64,000 nt of DNA from Sphyrna mokarran (taxonomy: Eukaryota), in NCBI GenBank assembly GCA_024679065.1, contig JAGIQG010000040.1:5642001-5706000 (forward strand), read 5' to 3'. Made by a program: the position numbers and the translations under genes. Below the pieces are notes generated by a model. The model made no database searches. It was not told the DNA's origin and saw only the letters and a list, made by a program, of their open reading frames with translations. Positions 12,522 to 25,720 of this stretch are shown here, piece after piece. Position 1 is the first letter of the stretch. Each line of letters starts with the position of its first letter.

Positions 12522-13917
12522 TTTTCAGATCAGATGAAATTCCTGTTCAAGCAATTGCCCAAGGAGTTCAGTTTAGAATTAGGATATGTATATAATATTC
12601 ACACGAAATAACAAGGAGCCAAAAACCTGCTCCAGTTGCAACTGTGGCGTCTCTCTGTCGAGCTGATGAAAGAAGCTGAGACTCGAGCTTTATCCGCTCA
12701 CACTCACGGATGTCGATTCTACTGGAAACAGAGATGGAGAATTGAAACCGGAATAAATAAACCCCATCGGCAACCCCATGTTTCCGGTTACAAATCTCAT
12801 TCCACGTGTCTAAATAGAAAACCATTCTTCCCAGCAGAACACTGACTGAACCCAGCTCGGGGTGGATCTATTCACTGGCTGCCGGCTCACCAGCTCCCAA
12901 CCCCACAGAACCACCGCCGACACAGGGAAATGCACTGAGAGCATCCCGAGACATGACAGCAAAATATACAGGGTCAAGTTTGACACGGGTGTCTTCAAAT
13001 ATCTAATTCCCCTTTTACAAAACAGGTAAAGAAAATGCTCAGCATTTGGGCTGTTTGGAGAATATTCGTAACAAGTAATTGTGAACAAAAACGCATTCTA
13101 TATTTACTTTAATTTTACAAACGTGATTCAAAATGAAATTTTAAGTGTTCAGGACCTGTAATTTCCTCGGTCCCGGTAACAAGATGCTTTTCCCAAAACC
13201 ATATATTTTGCACGGACCAACACAAACTGACATCGATTTCAATAAAAATAATTGAAAAATATTGATCTGTCAGGTTTTTTTGCCCATTAATATTATATCG
13301 TCCAGGTATCATTAGCAACTTGAGCTCCAAAGAGCTTGGTACAGCAAAGTACCAACAGGTACTTTGTAAGAAAGTCTTTTTGGAACCTGTGCATGAAAAT
13401 GTTGGAGTCTTGGAATCTAAAATGTGTCGGTCTGCAACATTCGGTCAGGAACAACATTTTACACTGGAAAACCCCTTTTCCCGCGTTTATTTCACCTTAA
13501 CTTTTTTATTCGTTCAGTGCTTTATCCCTTTCTCCTTTTCTAAACATGGAACGTGTACAGCTCTCCCATGCTCTGGCACCATTCCCATATCCAAGGAGGA
13601 TTGAAATATTATGGTCAGTATATTCAATATTTCCACCATACCTGTCCTCAGTCAACTTCATACATCCAATCCATACCAAGTAAATGTTTGATTTGATAGT
13701 GATACAAAATGTTTTGGATTGAATGAGTTAATTGCACTTGTTTGTTTAGTGAGTGGAATAAATGACCGTCTCTATAGATCTGAACTGTGCCACTGGAGGG
13801 TTTCTCTCTTCTATTAATAAGGCATTTCTTTCAATGGGAGCGTAACGGTGTCACTCGCAGCCTGAGTGAGGGGGGAAGAGAGATCAGAATCCGAGAGTAG
13901 ATTGGAACGTTACAACA

Positions 13918-16900
13918 ATGGATCAGAATCTGGGATCAATAGTTTGGAATTTTACAATACACGATGAAGATTTTCTCTTGAACATTACCGAGTCCATTGA
14001 TGTTCAGAGACCATGGGATTATCAGATTAACGATGTATTAATACGTATTCAAGAGGGATATTATCCCATCCTCGCTATTGTTGGTGTCCCTGGTAAGTTT
14101 CTCTATCCAGTTATTTATTCTAACTGCCTCAGACTGCATTTTTTTCTGGTTATTTACACTTTGGAAAGAATGAATTCATTCTCTTAAGCTCCAGTTACTC
14201 ATTCCATCCCATATTCCACGGTTCCAATCCCCTCTCTGGTTGCTATCAGAGGCTTCCCGCAACCTACAATCTCCCTTTTACCCTGATTGGATTTCCAACC
14301 CCATATTCTCCCCATCCCAAACCCTGTCCTCAGCCACCTCAATAATACCACACATCCTCACTTCTGCCTCAGCCCAGCCCATCCGTTGAATAATTCCTCA
14401 TTTCCATGTGAATATTCTCATTATTAGTTTCATTACTGCAACTAATTCCGTTCATCTGTCCATTCCCCAGATTCCTGCAAATCCTTCCCCTTCAGGATTT
14501 GTCCAATTCCCTGTTTGAAATTAATTTCGTTCTCTCACCTGTCTATGATAGTCACATCCACATAGTGAAAGTTGCAAACTAAAAATGCTCAGAAGCAATA
14601 GAATGAAGTAGGAAGCTTTTACATTTACTTTGCAATGCCTCCGGTGTGGTATTCACGTTGGAGGGGATGTTTCAACAGCTCTGACACATGTCTTTATAAC
14701 TTGACCCGTGCCGGTCCACGGAATGCCTGTGTTAGTCACTCTCAGCAGGACATGTGTTCAGCAGCACGAGGAACGTCCCCTCAAATGTTATTTTTAAATA
14801 TATTTTCATTGAATTTTAAGATTTTTACGAATAATACAACATACCCACAAACCTGGTCTAGTACAGCTGGATGATTTCCCAATATATAAACATGGAAAAG
14901 GGCAGGAAGAAGGCAATACAGTTCTTTCATTACGTTGCGTTTGAACAGCACCTCCACATGTACGAAAAAAACAAGAGCAGACAAGTAACAGCATGGGCAA
15001 AAGAGGATAAACTCAGCAGCAACCTTGTGCACTGTCTACAAGATACATTTGCAGTAATTCACCAAGGATCCTTTCACAGCACCTTCCAACCCATGACCAT
15101 TTACATCTCGAAGGACAAGGTCAGACTGACTTGAAATATTAACTCAGGTTCACTCTGCACAGAGGCTGCAAAAGCCCCTGTGCTTTTCCTAAATTTTTTG
15201 TTTCCATTCTAACATTTCAGCATCTGCACTGCTATTTTTTAGTATCGAGCTGGCCAGCGATCGGGAGGCTGGCAGTGTGGACACTTCACATGCGCTGATA
15301 TCAGCACTTTTGTGACAATCAACTTTTCTTATGTGTGTGTCTGTGGGTTTCAGGAGTAAGTGATGGCTGCATTTTCCACATTTTGCAACAAATAAATGTT
15401 TATCTGACGAAAGCCTGTTTTTTGACAATTTTGAGAAATCACTCCCCTAAAGGGTTTAAACACTTCTCACAATTGCAACTTGTAGCAATGAAGAAACCAA
15501 AGAACATTGAATAAAGCAAATGACAGCACAGGAACAGGCCTTTTGGCCCTCCGAGCCTGTACAGACCATGCTGCCCGACTGAATGAATGTGACCATGTCC
15601 CTCCATTCTCATCCTATTCATGTATTTTTCAACATGAATAATGTTGCTCATTAAAAGCCACTTAAAAACCACTATCATATCTGCTTCCACTACCTCCCCT
15701 GCAGCGAGTTCCAAGTACCCATCACCCTCTGTGTAAAGAACGTGCCTCACACATTTCTTTTAAACCTTGTCCCTCATACATTAAATCAATGCCCCCAAGT
15801 AATTGACTCTTCCATGCTGGGGAAAAAAAAAGCTCTAACTATCCACTTTGTCGATGTCCCTTATAATCTTTAATCTCCTTGGTAGCTAGTGAGGATGCGA
15901 AGATTTCTCTCAAGGCCCTATCAATTTTCTCCAATGCTTCTCTCAATATTCAGAGTAAATCCCATTAGGTCCTGGGGACTTTACTATCTTAGTGCTTCCC
16001 AATACTTTCTCCCTTTTTTATCTCAGAATGATTGAAACTATCTGCATATCCTCTCTCAGACTCATCAGGCACTAAGTCCTTCTCTTTGGTGAATGCTGAC
16101 GCAAAGTAACACTTTACCCTTTTCTCTGGCTCCACGCATAGAATATTTCCCTTGTCCTTGATTTGGACTAACCCTTTCCACTGCTACTTTCTTATTCTTT
16201 CTATGTGGATAAAAAGCCTTGGGATTTTCCTTGCAGATCAATGATTTTCTGTGATTCGTTTTCGCCCTACTTACTCTTCGCCAATGTTTCTTTCCACTTC
16301 CCTTGTATTCCACACTTGCCTGGTGTTTTCCCAGCCTTCTAGCCTTGACAAATTCTTGTTTTTTTTTCTCTTTGACTAGGCTCACAATACCTTTCGTTGT
16401 CCGAATTGACTAAACCTTGCCATTTTTATCCTTCATCCTTATAAGAATGTGCCAGTCCTGAATCACTATCAACTTACATTTGAAAGCCTCCAACATGCCA
16501 AGTGTTGATTTTCCCTCAGATATCTGCCCCAGTCTACATTCTTCAGTTCCTGCCTAATATTGTTGTAATTAGCCTTCCCCCAGTTTATCACTTTAACTTG
16601 AGAACCACACATATCCTGATCCATCAGTACTGAAATCTTACTAAATTGTAGCCACTGTTGCCGAACTGCTCCCTACTGAAAAGTTGACTAGCTGGCCGGG
16701 TTCATTCCCCAATACAAGGTCCAATATGGCTCGTTCCCTAGTTGGACTATCTAAATACTCTTTCAAGTAGCCCCCCCACCGCGGATACTCCTTATAACCT
16801 TGCTCCATCCGCACCGTTAGCACTGAGACTCAGTCAATATAGCATGTGTTAAAATCTTCCGCTACAACTACCATGTTACTTCGACACCTCCCCAAATTTT

Positions 16901-19900
16901 GCCTACATATTTGTTCTTCTATCTCCCGTTGGCTGTTGGGCACTCTATAGTAATCCCCAACATTGTGATTACACCCTTCCAATTCCTTAGCTCTACCCAT
17001 ATTGCCTCAATGCATGGGCCTCCTAGCTGCCCTCCCGCCGTACACTTGTGAGTTTCTCCTTAATCCTTAACTGCTTCACCCCTTTGACTTCTCCGTCTAA
17101 CAAGCCTGATACATCAATATGCTCAACGTTAAGCTGCCAATCCTGTCCTTCCTTTAATCAAGAGTCTGAAATAACTCCATAGGTCCAAGTACTAATCCAA
17201 GCCCTATGTTCATTTTCTTTACCTGTTATACTTTTTGCATTGAAACAAATGCACTTCAGTCCACCAGAACCTCTTTAATTAGCAACCACATCCTGCTTGC
17301 TCTTTCTCTGAGGCTTACTGGCCCTACTCTCTCGTTCCCCTACAGTTAATTCACATTTTTTTGGTTCCCACTCCTCTGCCAAACTAGTTGAAATCGTCAG
17401 ATGTTACATGAGCAAACCTCCAGGTCAGAATATTTATGCCTGTCCAGTTTAGATGCATCCCAGCCTTCTTGTAGAATTACCACCAGGCCCGGAAGTGATC
17501 CCAATCGTCCAGATATCTGAAATTCTTCATCTTACACCAGCTGTTCAGCCACGTGTTGAGCTGTGATGTCTTCCTATTTCTAGCCTCACCTGGCAAGTGA
17601 GACAGGGAATAAGTCTGAGATTACAACCCAAGGGGTACTGTTTTTCAAGTTGCTACTAAACTCCCAAACTGCTGTTGCAGGAATTCAGTACGAATATGTA
17701 CCACAACCATTGGCTTTTAACCCTCTCCCTTCAGAATGCTTTCTGCCCATTCAGAGACATCTTGGTGTGAGGTGATGCATTTCGGGAGAAAGAATGTAGG
17801 GGGTGCGGTATATGATAAAGGGTATACCTATAAAGAGTATAGAAACGCAGAGGGACCTGGGGGTGCAGGTGCACAAGTCTCTGAAGGTGACAGAGCAGGT
17901 GGAGAACAAAGAACAAAGAACAACACAGCACGGGAAACAGGCCCTTCGGCCCAACGAGCCCGCGCCGCCGTCTTAACGTCATAATGACTTAGAGACCAAT
18001 ATAGGGACAATTTGTTACCCAATCAGCCTAAGTGCACATTTTTGGGATGTGGGAGGAAACCGGAGCACCCGGAGAAAACCCACGCAACCAGGGGAGAACA
18101 CGCAAACTCCCGCAGACACAGGCAGAAATGTGTCTGCACAGCAACAGCGATAGTCTCTGAGCTGTCATGTTGCCCATCTGATGGTCCAGTTTAAGCATAC
18201 ACTAACGACTTGAAGCACTAGGCCACTCCTGAAGTAACATCCAAGAGCAGCCCTCGCACGACCTGCCGAATGCATGCACCTTGTTGGTCATCAAGGTGAA
18301 CTGAATAGCCTGTGGAAACAAAGTATTTAAACTGTCCTCCTATATCCCTCTATCTGCAGACCGCTCATGTGGCTGTCCAAGAGTCCCTTAAACAACCCTA
18401 ACGTGCCTGCTCCCACCACCCCACTCGGCAGTGCATTTCACACCCCCACTACCCTTTGTGTGAAAAAAATGCCTTCTGATATTTGTCTTATACATAGCCC
18501 CCCTCACCCTAAGGCCATGACCCCTCGTTCTATCCGAATCTAATGGTGGGAAAAGCTTACTACCATTTACTCTATCCATACCCCTCATAACCTTATATAC
18601 CTCTAATAGATCCCCTCTCAGCCGACGTCTTTCAAAGGAAAACAACCCCAGTGCTTTTAAAATTTCCTCGTAGGACAGCCCTTCCATACCAGGCAACATC
18701 CTGGTAAATCTCCTCTGCACTCTCTCCAGGGCCTCCACATCCTTCTGGTAGTATGGCGACCAGAACTGGACGCAGTACTCCAAGTGAGGCCTAACCAACG
18801 TTCTGTACACTTGCAACATCAGACTCCTACTCTTGTATTCTATACCCTTTCCTATGAAGGCTAACATACTATATGCTTTCTTTATCACTTTCTCCACCTG
18901 TACTGACACCTTAAGAGACTTGTGAACCTGCACCCCCAGGTCTCTCTGCGTCTCTATACTCCGGATAGTTTTGCCTTTTATCTTATAACTCCCCTCTACA
19001 TTATTCCGGCCAAAATGCATCACCTCGCATTTATCCGGATTAAATTCCATTTGCCATCTATCTGCCCAATCTACCAGCCTATCTATGTCCTGTTGTATTG
19101 CCTGGCACTGCTACTCAGTCCCCACCAATCCAAGCATCTTAGTGTCATCAGCAAATTTGCTGATCACACCACCTACCCCCTCTTCCAAGTCATTTATATA
19201 AATCACAAATAGAAGAGTTCCTAGTACTGAGCCCTGTGGCACACCACTAGTGACAGACCTCCAGTTGGAAAAAGAGCCTTCCACTACTACCTGCTGTCTC
19301 CTCCTCCCAAGCCAGTTCTCAACCCATCTACATATCTGGCCCTGTATCCCATGCGCCTTCATCTTTTTTATCAGCCTACCATGGGGAACCTTGTCAAACG
19401 CCTTACTGAAATCCATGTAGACGACATCAACGGCTTGTCCTTCATCAACCGTTTTTGTAACCTCTTCAAAAAATTCCACTAGATTCGTAAGGCACGACCT
19501 CCCCTTAACGAAGCCATGCTGCGTATCCCTGATCAGATTGCAGCGCTCCAGATGTTCATACATCCTGTCCCTGAGGATCCTCTCCATTAGCTTACCTATA
19601 ACTGAAGTTAAGCTCACCGGCCTATAGTTCCCTGGGTTATCCCTCTGACCCTTTTTAAACAACGGTACTACATTTGCAATCCTCCAGTTCTCTGGGACCT
19701 CACCTGTGTCCAATGAAGAGACAAAGATTTGCGTCAGAGGCCCAGCAATGTCATCTCTCACCTCCCTTAGCAGCCTGGGATAAATACCATCATATACTTA
19801 TAAATAAGCTTTATAAGTCTTTATGCTACCTAAAAGTCCCAACACTTCGTCCCTCGTAATGATTATTTCCTTTAACGGATCCTCAAAATCCTCAAAGCCA

Positions 19901-22900
19901 TCGTCAGACATCAGGCCCCTCTCCCGCGTGAATAACGACGCGAAGTATTCATTCAGGATCTCCCCCATTCCCTCAGGCTCTAAGCATAGTTTCCCTCCTC
20001 TGTCCCTGAGAGGTCCAATCTTCCCTCTAACCATCCTTTTGCTCCTTACATAGGAGTAAAATGCCTTAGGTTTATCCTTAATCCTACCTGCCAAAGCCAT
20101 TTCGTGGCCCCTTTTTGCCTTCCTGACACCCCTTTTTAGATCCCGTCTACACTCTCTATATTTTTCTAGCGCTGCCTCTGTCCCCAGTTGCCTGGATCTA
20201 ATGTACGCCTCCCGTTTCTTCCTGACCAAGTCCTCAACATCCTTAGTAACCCACGGTTCTCTAATCCTACCCTTCCCATCCTTCCTCCTTACCGGCACGT
20301 GTCTTTCCTGCAAAAATTTTAGTTTTCCCTTGAAAGACTCCCACATGTGAAGCGTTGACATACCCTCGAACAGCTTATCCCAGTCGGTATCCCTAAGATC
20401 CTGCCTAATCTGACTATATCTAGCCCTCCCCCAGTTTAACACCCTCCCCTTAGGGCAGGCTTCATCTTTTTCCATTAATACCCTAAAGCAGACAGAGTTG
20501 TGGTCACTATTAGCCACATGCTCTCCTACTACAACCACCTGCCCTGGTTTATTCCCCAGTACCAGATCCAGTATAGCCCCCTCTCTAGTCGGGCTATCCA
20601 CATATTGCTCCAAAGACCCTTCTAAAACACACTGTACAAATTCCTCCCCGTCTGCACCTTCCGCTCTCGGCACCTTCCAATCTACCCCAGGGAAATTAAA
20701 ATCTCCCATTACAACTACCCTATTCTTCCTACACTTTTCTAAAATTTCCTTACACATCCCTTCTTCCACGGCACGCGGACTGTTGGGCGGTCTGTAGTAC
20801 ACACCCAACATAGTAACCTCTCCCTTCCTATTCCTCAATTCCACCCATAGCGACTCAATTCCTAACTCAGCCTTACCTCCCTCCTTCTGCACTGCTATAA
20901 TGTGATCCTTAACTAATAACGCCACTCCCCCTCCTCTCCTCAAACCACCTCTATCATGCCTAAAACACTTATACCCTGGAATATTCAATTGCCAGTCCTG
21001 CCCTTCTTTTAGCCACGTCTCAGTCACCGCCACCACTTCTAACTTCCTCTTGTACATTATTGCCCTCAGTTCATCTGTTTTGCGAGTCACACTCCTTGCA
21101 TTAAAACACATGCACTGAAGGCCCTCAGGCACTCTCCGGGATTACCCTATCACCAATCTCTCTCCCTCTCCCAGTTCCCTCTATCTCCCCACCCCCCCTC
21201 CATATTAGTTTAAACCCTGCCGAAACACTCCAGCTAACCTCCCAGCTAAAATATGCGTGCCCTTCCCAGACAACTGTTCCCCGTCCATCTTGTATAGATG
21301 CCCCTCCCTCATGAAGACTTCCCAGTGGTCTAAGAATCTGAATCCCTCCACTCTACACCAATCCCTCAACCACGCATTCAGTTGGAGCACCTCGTTGTTC
21401 CTAACCATATCATTCCCAGGTATTGGCAGCAACCCAGAGAATGCCACCCTGGAGGCCCTGCACTTCAGCCGGGCCCCCAATTCCCTGAACTGCATACGTA
21501 TCTCCCCCCTGCCCATTGTTCCTACATCCTTCTCTCCCACGTGCACTATTACGTCTTTCTTAGCTCCTCCAACCTTCAAAATTCCATCTACCCTCTCTGT
21601 AACATCATGGACCCCTGCTCCAGGGAGGCAGACTACCATCCTGGAGTCACGCTTTTGCCCACAGAACCGCCTGTCGATCCCCTTGACCTTCCCATCCCCC
21701 ACCACTATCTCACATCCCTCCCTCCTACTGTCCTTCGGGGCATTCAGATCCTCTGCCCTTGCACTCTCTACCTCAGCTGTTGCCCTACCCTTCATGTTCC
21801 GTGATGCCTCCTCTGGGGTGAACTTGTGCCTTGACTCCTTTTCTTATTCTTCTTCCTTTCTGTCACCCACCCGTTTCTCCTCACAGGCCCTGGGGTCCCT
21901 TCTGGACTATGGTCCCTGTTCATTAGCCCCTCGTTCTCTCTAAGTATAAACATATCCTCAAGTCTTAGCTCCAACTGCCTCACCCGAGCCCTCAATCGTT
22001 GCACTTCCAAACACTTAGTGCATATGTGGGCTTTCGGGAGACGTGCTGTCTCCAAGAATGTCCACATGTGGCATCGAACGCAGCGGACGCGTTTCATCAG
22101 CGACCTTGACATTTTTTACAACCCCTTTGGAAATGTTGGACCTAGAGTTTGGGAGGTGTAGGAGTACAGCCACTTGCCACGTCCACGCCTGCGCTCGCCC
22201 AAGCCCAGTGAGCTTAAGCCCTGACAGCTCTCACTCTGCTCTCCGCCTCACTCCACTGCCCGCTCCCGACGCTGCCCGTTGTGAAGGTTTTGAAGAAAAC
22301 ATATGGTATGCTAGCCTTTATAGGAAGGGGTATAGAGTACAAGATGTTGCAGTTGTATAAAACGTTGGTTACATCTCATTTGGAATACTATGTCCAGTTC
22401 TCGTCGCCTTACTACCAGAAGGACGTGGAGACTCTGGAGAGAGTGCAGAGGAGTTTTACCTGGATGCTGCCTGGTATGGAAGGTCTGAGTTACGAGGAGA
22501 GATTAGGCAAATTGGGACTGTTTTCCTTAGAAAGACTTAGAGGAGAACAGAATGGGAACAGAATGAACAGAATGGGAATGGAGGGGTATAGAAAACTGAT
22601 TTAAAATAGGGATCATGAGCCTTGGGAGTCCCTTAGAAGTGTGTAAACAGATGATGATATTGATGTACTTGTTTTTATCCTACAGGTGCTTTGGTCCACC
22701 TTGTTGTCTAACAAAGGGCATACACGCGATGGGTGTAGAGGGCTGCTCTTGAATTTTTTTTTCGAGAGTATCCTAGTGCTTCATGTCATTAGTGTACGCT
22801 TGACCTGGACCATTTGATGGGCAACACGACAGCTCAGTGACTATCGCGTGATACACGTATTTGGACCTGTGTCTGTAGGAGTTTGCACATTCTTCCCGTG

Positions 22901-24501
22901 CTTGCGTGGGTTTTCTCCGGGTACTCCGGTTTCCTCCCACATCCCAAAAATGTACTCTTAGGCTAACTGGCAAAAGAAATTCCCCCTAAATTGTCTCAAA
23001 TTTGCTTTGTAATCCATAGATCTATAAACATAGACAGGGATCGCGTGTCGAGGTGGGAACATCGGGGAGGCGGCGCGGGCTTGTTGGGCCGAAGGGCCTG
23101 TTTCCCGTGCTTTTTGTTCTTTGTTCCTTGTTCTTTGACCCTGGTACCAGGGAGGCAACATAGCATGGTGGAGTCTCTATCACATCTAAATGAAATCCTT
23201 TAAAAATCGTCTCAAATCATTTGGAAAACAAATAAATTGTCAACGCTGTCCTCCTCTGTCCCTAACAGGCCCATCACCCATGGCATGTCCCAATAACTCC
23301 AGCGCCGCAGCATTCCTGAGTTCTGCATCATCCTGCATCCCACCACGATGCCCAGGATCCTAATCACTCTACATTCTTTCCATCGCCTCTGGCACCCCGT
23401 GTCATTACTGCTTCACCCTTTTTTCTGCTCACCCTGTTTTTATTTCATTTATGATTCCTTCCATTGGGTCGCAAATGTTCCCATTTGTTCTATCAGCTTG
23501 AGTACTTTAATACATTTCAGTGTACAGTAGCACATCTCAATAACTACTCAATCAAATGGTCATTTTGCCAGCAGCATGATGTATGATTGCATTATTTATT
23601 TCCCTTTCTCACAGTGAACTTAGTCACCATTGTGATCCTCATTCGCAAAAACTGTGGTCTCTCCAGATGTGTCACTCGTTACCTGGTGGCCATGTCATTG
23701 TCAGATCTGCTGGTTATTATCCTTGACCTGATATTGAGACACATTCCAATTGTTTTTAATGAATTGTTTCATTTCCTGAAATTGATCCCCGTGTGTAATA
23801 TCCACGCTGTCCTGCTTTATGCAGCCACTGACTGTTCTGTCTGGTTCACCGTCACTTTCACCTTTGATCGATTTGTGGCCATTTGTTGCCAGAAGCTGAA
23901 AAATAAATATTGCAGCGAGAAAGTGGCATCTGTGGTTCTGGGAACAGTGACTGCACTGAGCTGTTTAAAGAATATTTTCTGGTATTTTATGGTAACACGT
24001 CAGTATGCATTGATGAACGACCCTTGGTTTTGTAATTATTCATTTGATGTCAAGTTTTCTCCAGCCTGGGGGGCAATGGTGTTCCTCCATTACATTCTAA
24101 CACCATGTATTCCATTTGTTCTGATTCTTCTTCTCAATTTTCTCACTGTCAGATACATTTTAGCAACGAGCAGAGCCCGCAAAAGGCTCCGGGCTCACTG
24201 CAATGGTGAGAGTGTCAGAGACCCAGAAATGGAAAGTCGAAGGAATTCCATCATTTTACTGTTTGTTATTTCAGCCAATTTCATCCTGTTATGGTCAACG
24301 ATAATGATCGATACTTTATCTTTCCAGATATTCTGGTTAGGGTATCCATATGTATACAGTGCGGTTTTTGTTGAAGCGTTGGGATTCATGTTGCAGCTCC
24401 TGAGCTGCAGCACAAACACTTTTATTTATGCGGTCACCCAGACTAAGTTCAGGGAGCAGCTGAAGAATGTGATGAAATACCCATTTACTCAAAGTCATTA
24501 A
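13918..24501 (+). CDS. Intact two-exon rhodopsin-class orphan GPCR, GPR139/GPR142-like (copy A); exon 1 13918-14092, exon 2 23615-24501; 353 aa
   Basis: Exon 1 ends [12 protein letters not shown]|GTAAG (phase 1); exon 2 starts CAG|TG AAC (VNLVTIVIL). Seven hydrophobic segments, [10 protein letters not shown] (TM2), [10 protein letters not shown] (DRY-like), FILLW (TM6), TNTFIY (NPxxY-like). Family call is from motif recognition. Confidence 0.88.
15490..17765 (-). mobile_element. Decayed CR1 LINE in the GPCR A intron (paralogous copy of 60-2340; continues at about 23139-23200)
   Basis: Reverse complement of 60-2340; ORF 16641-16823 ([22 protein letters not shown]). Confidence 0.85.
17766..17905 (+). 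mobile_element. 5' piece of a truncated CR1 (continues at 22283-23138)
   Basis: Reads [28 protein letters not shown] and joins seamlessly to [10 protein letters not shown] at 22283. Confidence 0.8.
17904..22282 (-). mobile_element. Near full-length CR1-clade LINE: ORF1 (Cys-knuckle/coiled coil 22112-21792, esterase-like 21795-21205), ORF2 APE-RT (21132-18388) with a few disruptions, long 3' UTR
   Basis: APE motifs [25 protein letters not shown]; RT motifs [38 protein letters not shown]. Disrupted near 19800, with a TAG at 19113-19111. Confidence 0.95.
22283..23138 (+). mobile_element. 3' piece of the truncated CR1, with the same extended 3' UTR and (ttctttg)n tail
   Basis: ORF 22281-22604 ([30 protein letters not shown]); CR1 tail at 23080-23138. 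Confidence 0.85.
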
Positions 24502-24689
24502 CAGAAAGACTGAACCTCTCGGATTTTCCAGATTTCTCTTTTCTTTACATTTCCTGAAAAGGGAGGTACAAACACGACAGGATCTCCATAGATTCATCAA
24601 GTTGTATAGTGCAGAAAGGATTCTTCAGTCCATCAAATTTGCACCCAGAATAACTATCACTCAAATCGCTTTGCTTGCATGCTCTTGCA

Positions 24690-25720
24690 CTTGTCCCACA
24701 TCCTTGAAGGTTATAATATTTCAAATTCTCATCCACATACTTGTTAAAATTTATAAGGTTTCCACCTACTTTTGCAGGCAATGCATTCCAGATTTTCACT
24801 ATTTGCTGAGACTTTTTTCAAATCCTCTCTGAATGTCCTGCCGCTACCTCAAATGCTACACCTCCTTGTGATTGATCCTTGACTAAAAGGAATACCTGAT
24901 TCCTATTCAGCCTGTCCATCCCCCTCATAATCTTATACACCTCAGTCATGTCTCCTCAGCCACTTCTGTGCCTATCTAAGTCTATCCAGTCTCCTTTATT
25001 GCTCAAATATTCTATTCTAGGCAGAAGTGTGGTGAATATCCGCTGTATCAGTGGAATCACATCCTTCCTTCTGTGAGATGACCTGATCCATACGCAGTGC
25101 GCCTGCTGTGGCTTAACCAGTGTTCTGTACAGCTCCAACATTATCCTTCTACTTCTACTCTATGCCACAACTGTCAAAAACAAGCGTCTGTATACATTCC
25201 TAAATATGATATTCACCTGCCCTGCTGCCTTCAAGGATTTATGAGTATTTCCCCCAAGAACCGTCTGTTTCGCTGAGACTCCTTGTGTCCTGCATGCATT
25301 AAATACTCCCTTGTCTTGTTATTTCTCCCAAAGTGCATCAAGTCGCACTTACTAGGATTAAATACCGCCTGGCACTGCTTTGTCATCTGACCGATTCATC
25401 TCTATCTTCCTGATAACTACACCCTTTTTCTTTACCCTTAACCACCCTACCAACCTTGTTTAGCATTTCTCTACATTTCATCTTATACTTTGTGTAGATA
25501 ATAAACAGGAAATGTCCCTGCACTGATTTTTGTGATATGCCACTAGACACTGGCTTCCAGTCACTCAAACAACCTTCTATGATGATACTTTGTTTACAAG
25601 CCAGTTTTGGATCTGCATTGCAAATTCCTCCGAATTCTATGTGTTTCATTTTGTCAATCAGTTCTCCCATGTAGATCCTTGTCAAAAGTTTTGCTAAAAT
25701 CCATATAAACTACATCAATT
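24690..25720 (-). mobile_element. Old degraded CR1 3' fragment downstream of GPCR A (paralog at about 33700-34790)
   Basis: ORFs 24956-25141 (LELYRTLVKP) and 25383-25685 (SDWKPVSSGISQKSV) are RT-like. Confidence 0.75.

Noticed and set aside
21257-21943. 228-aa plus-strand ORF and similar ORFs at 19823-20797
   Set aside because: Antisense shadows of CR1 ORF1/ORF2.
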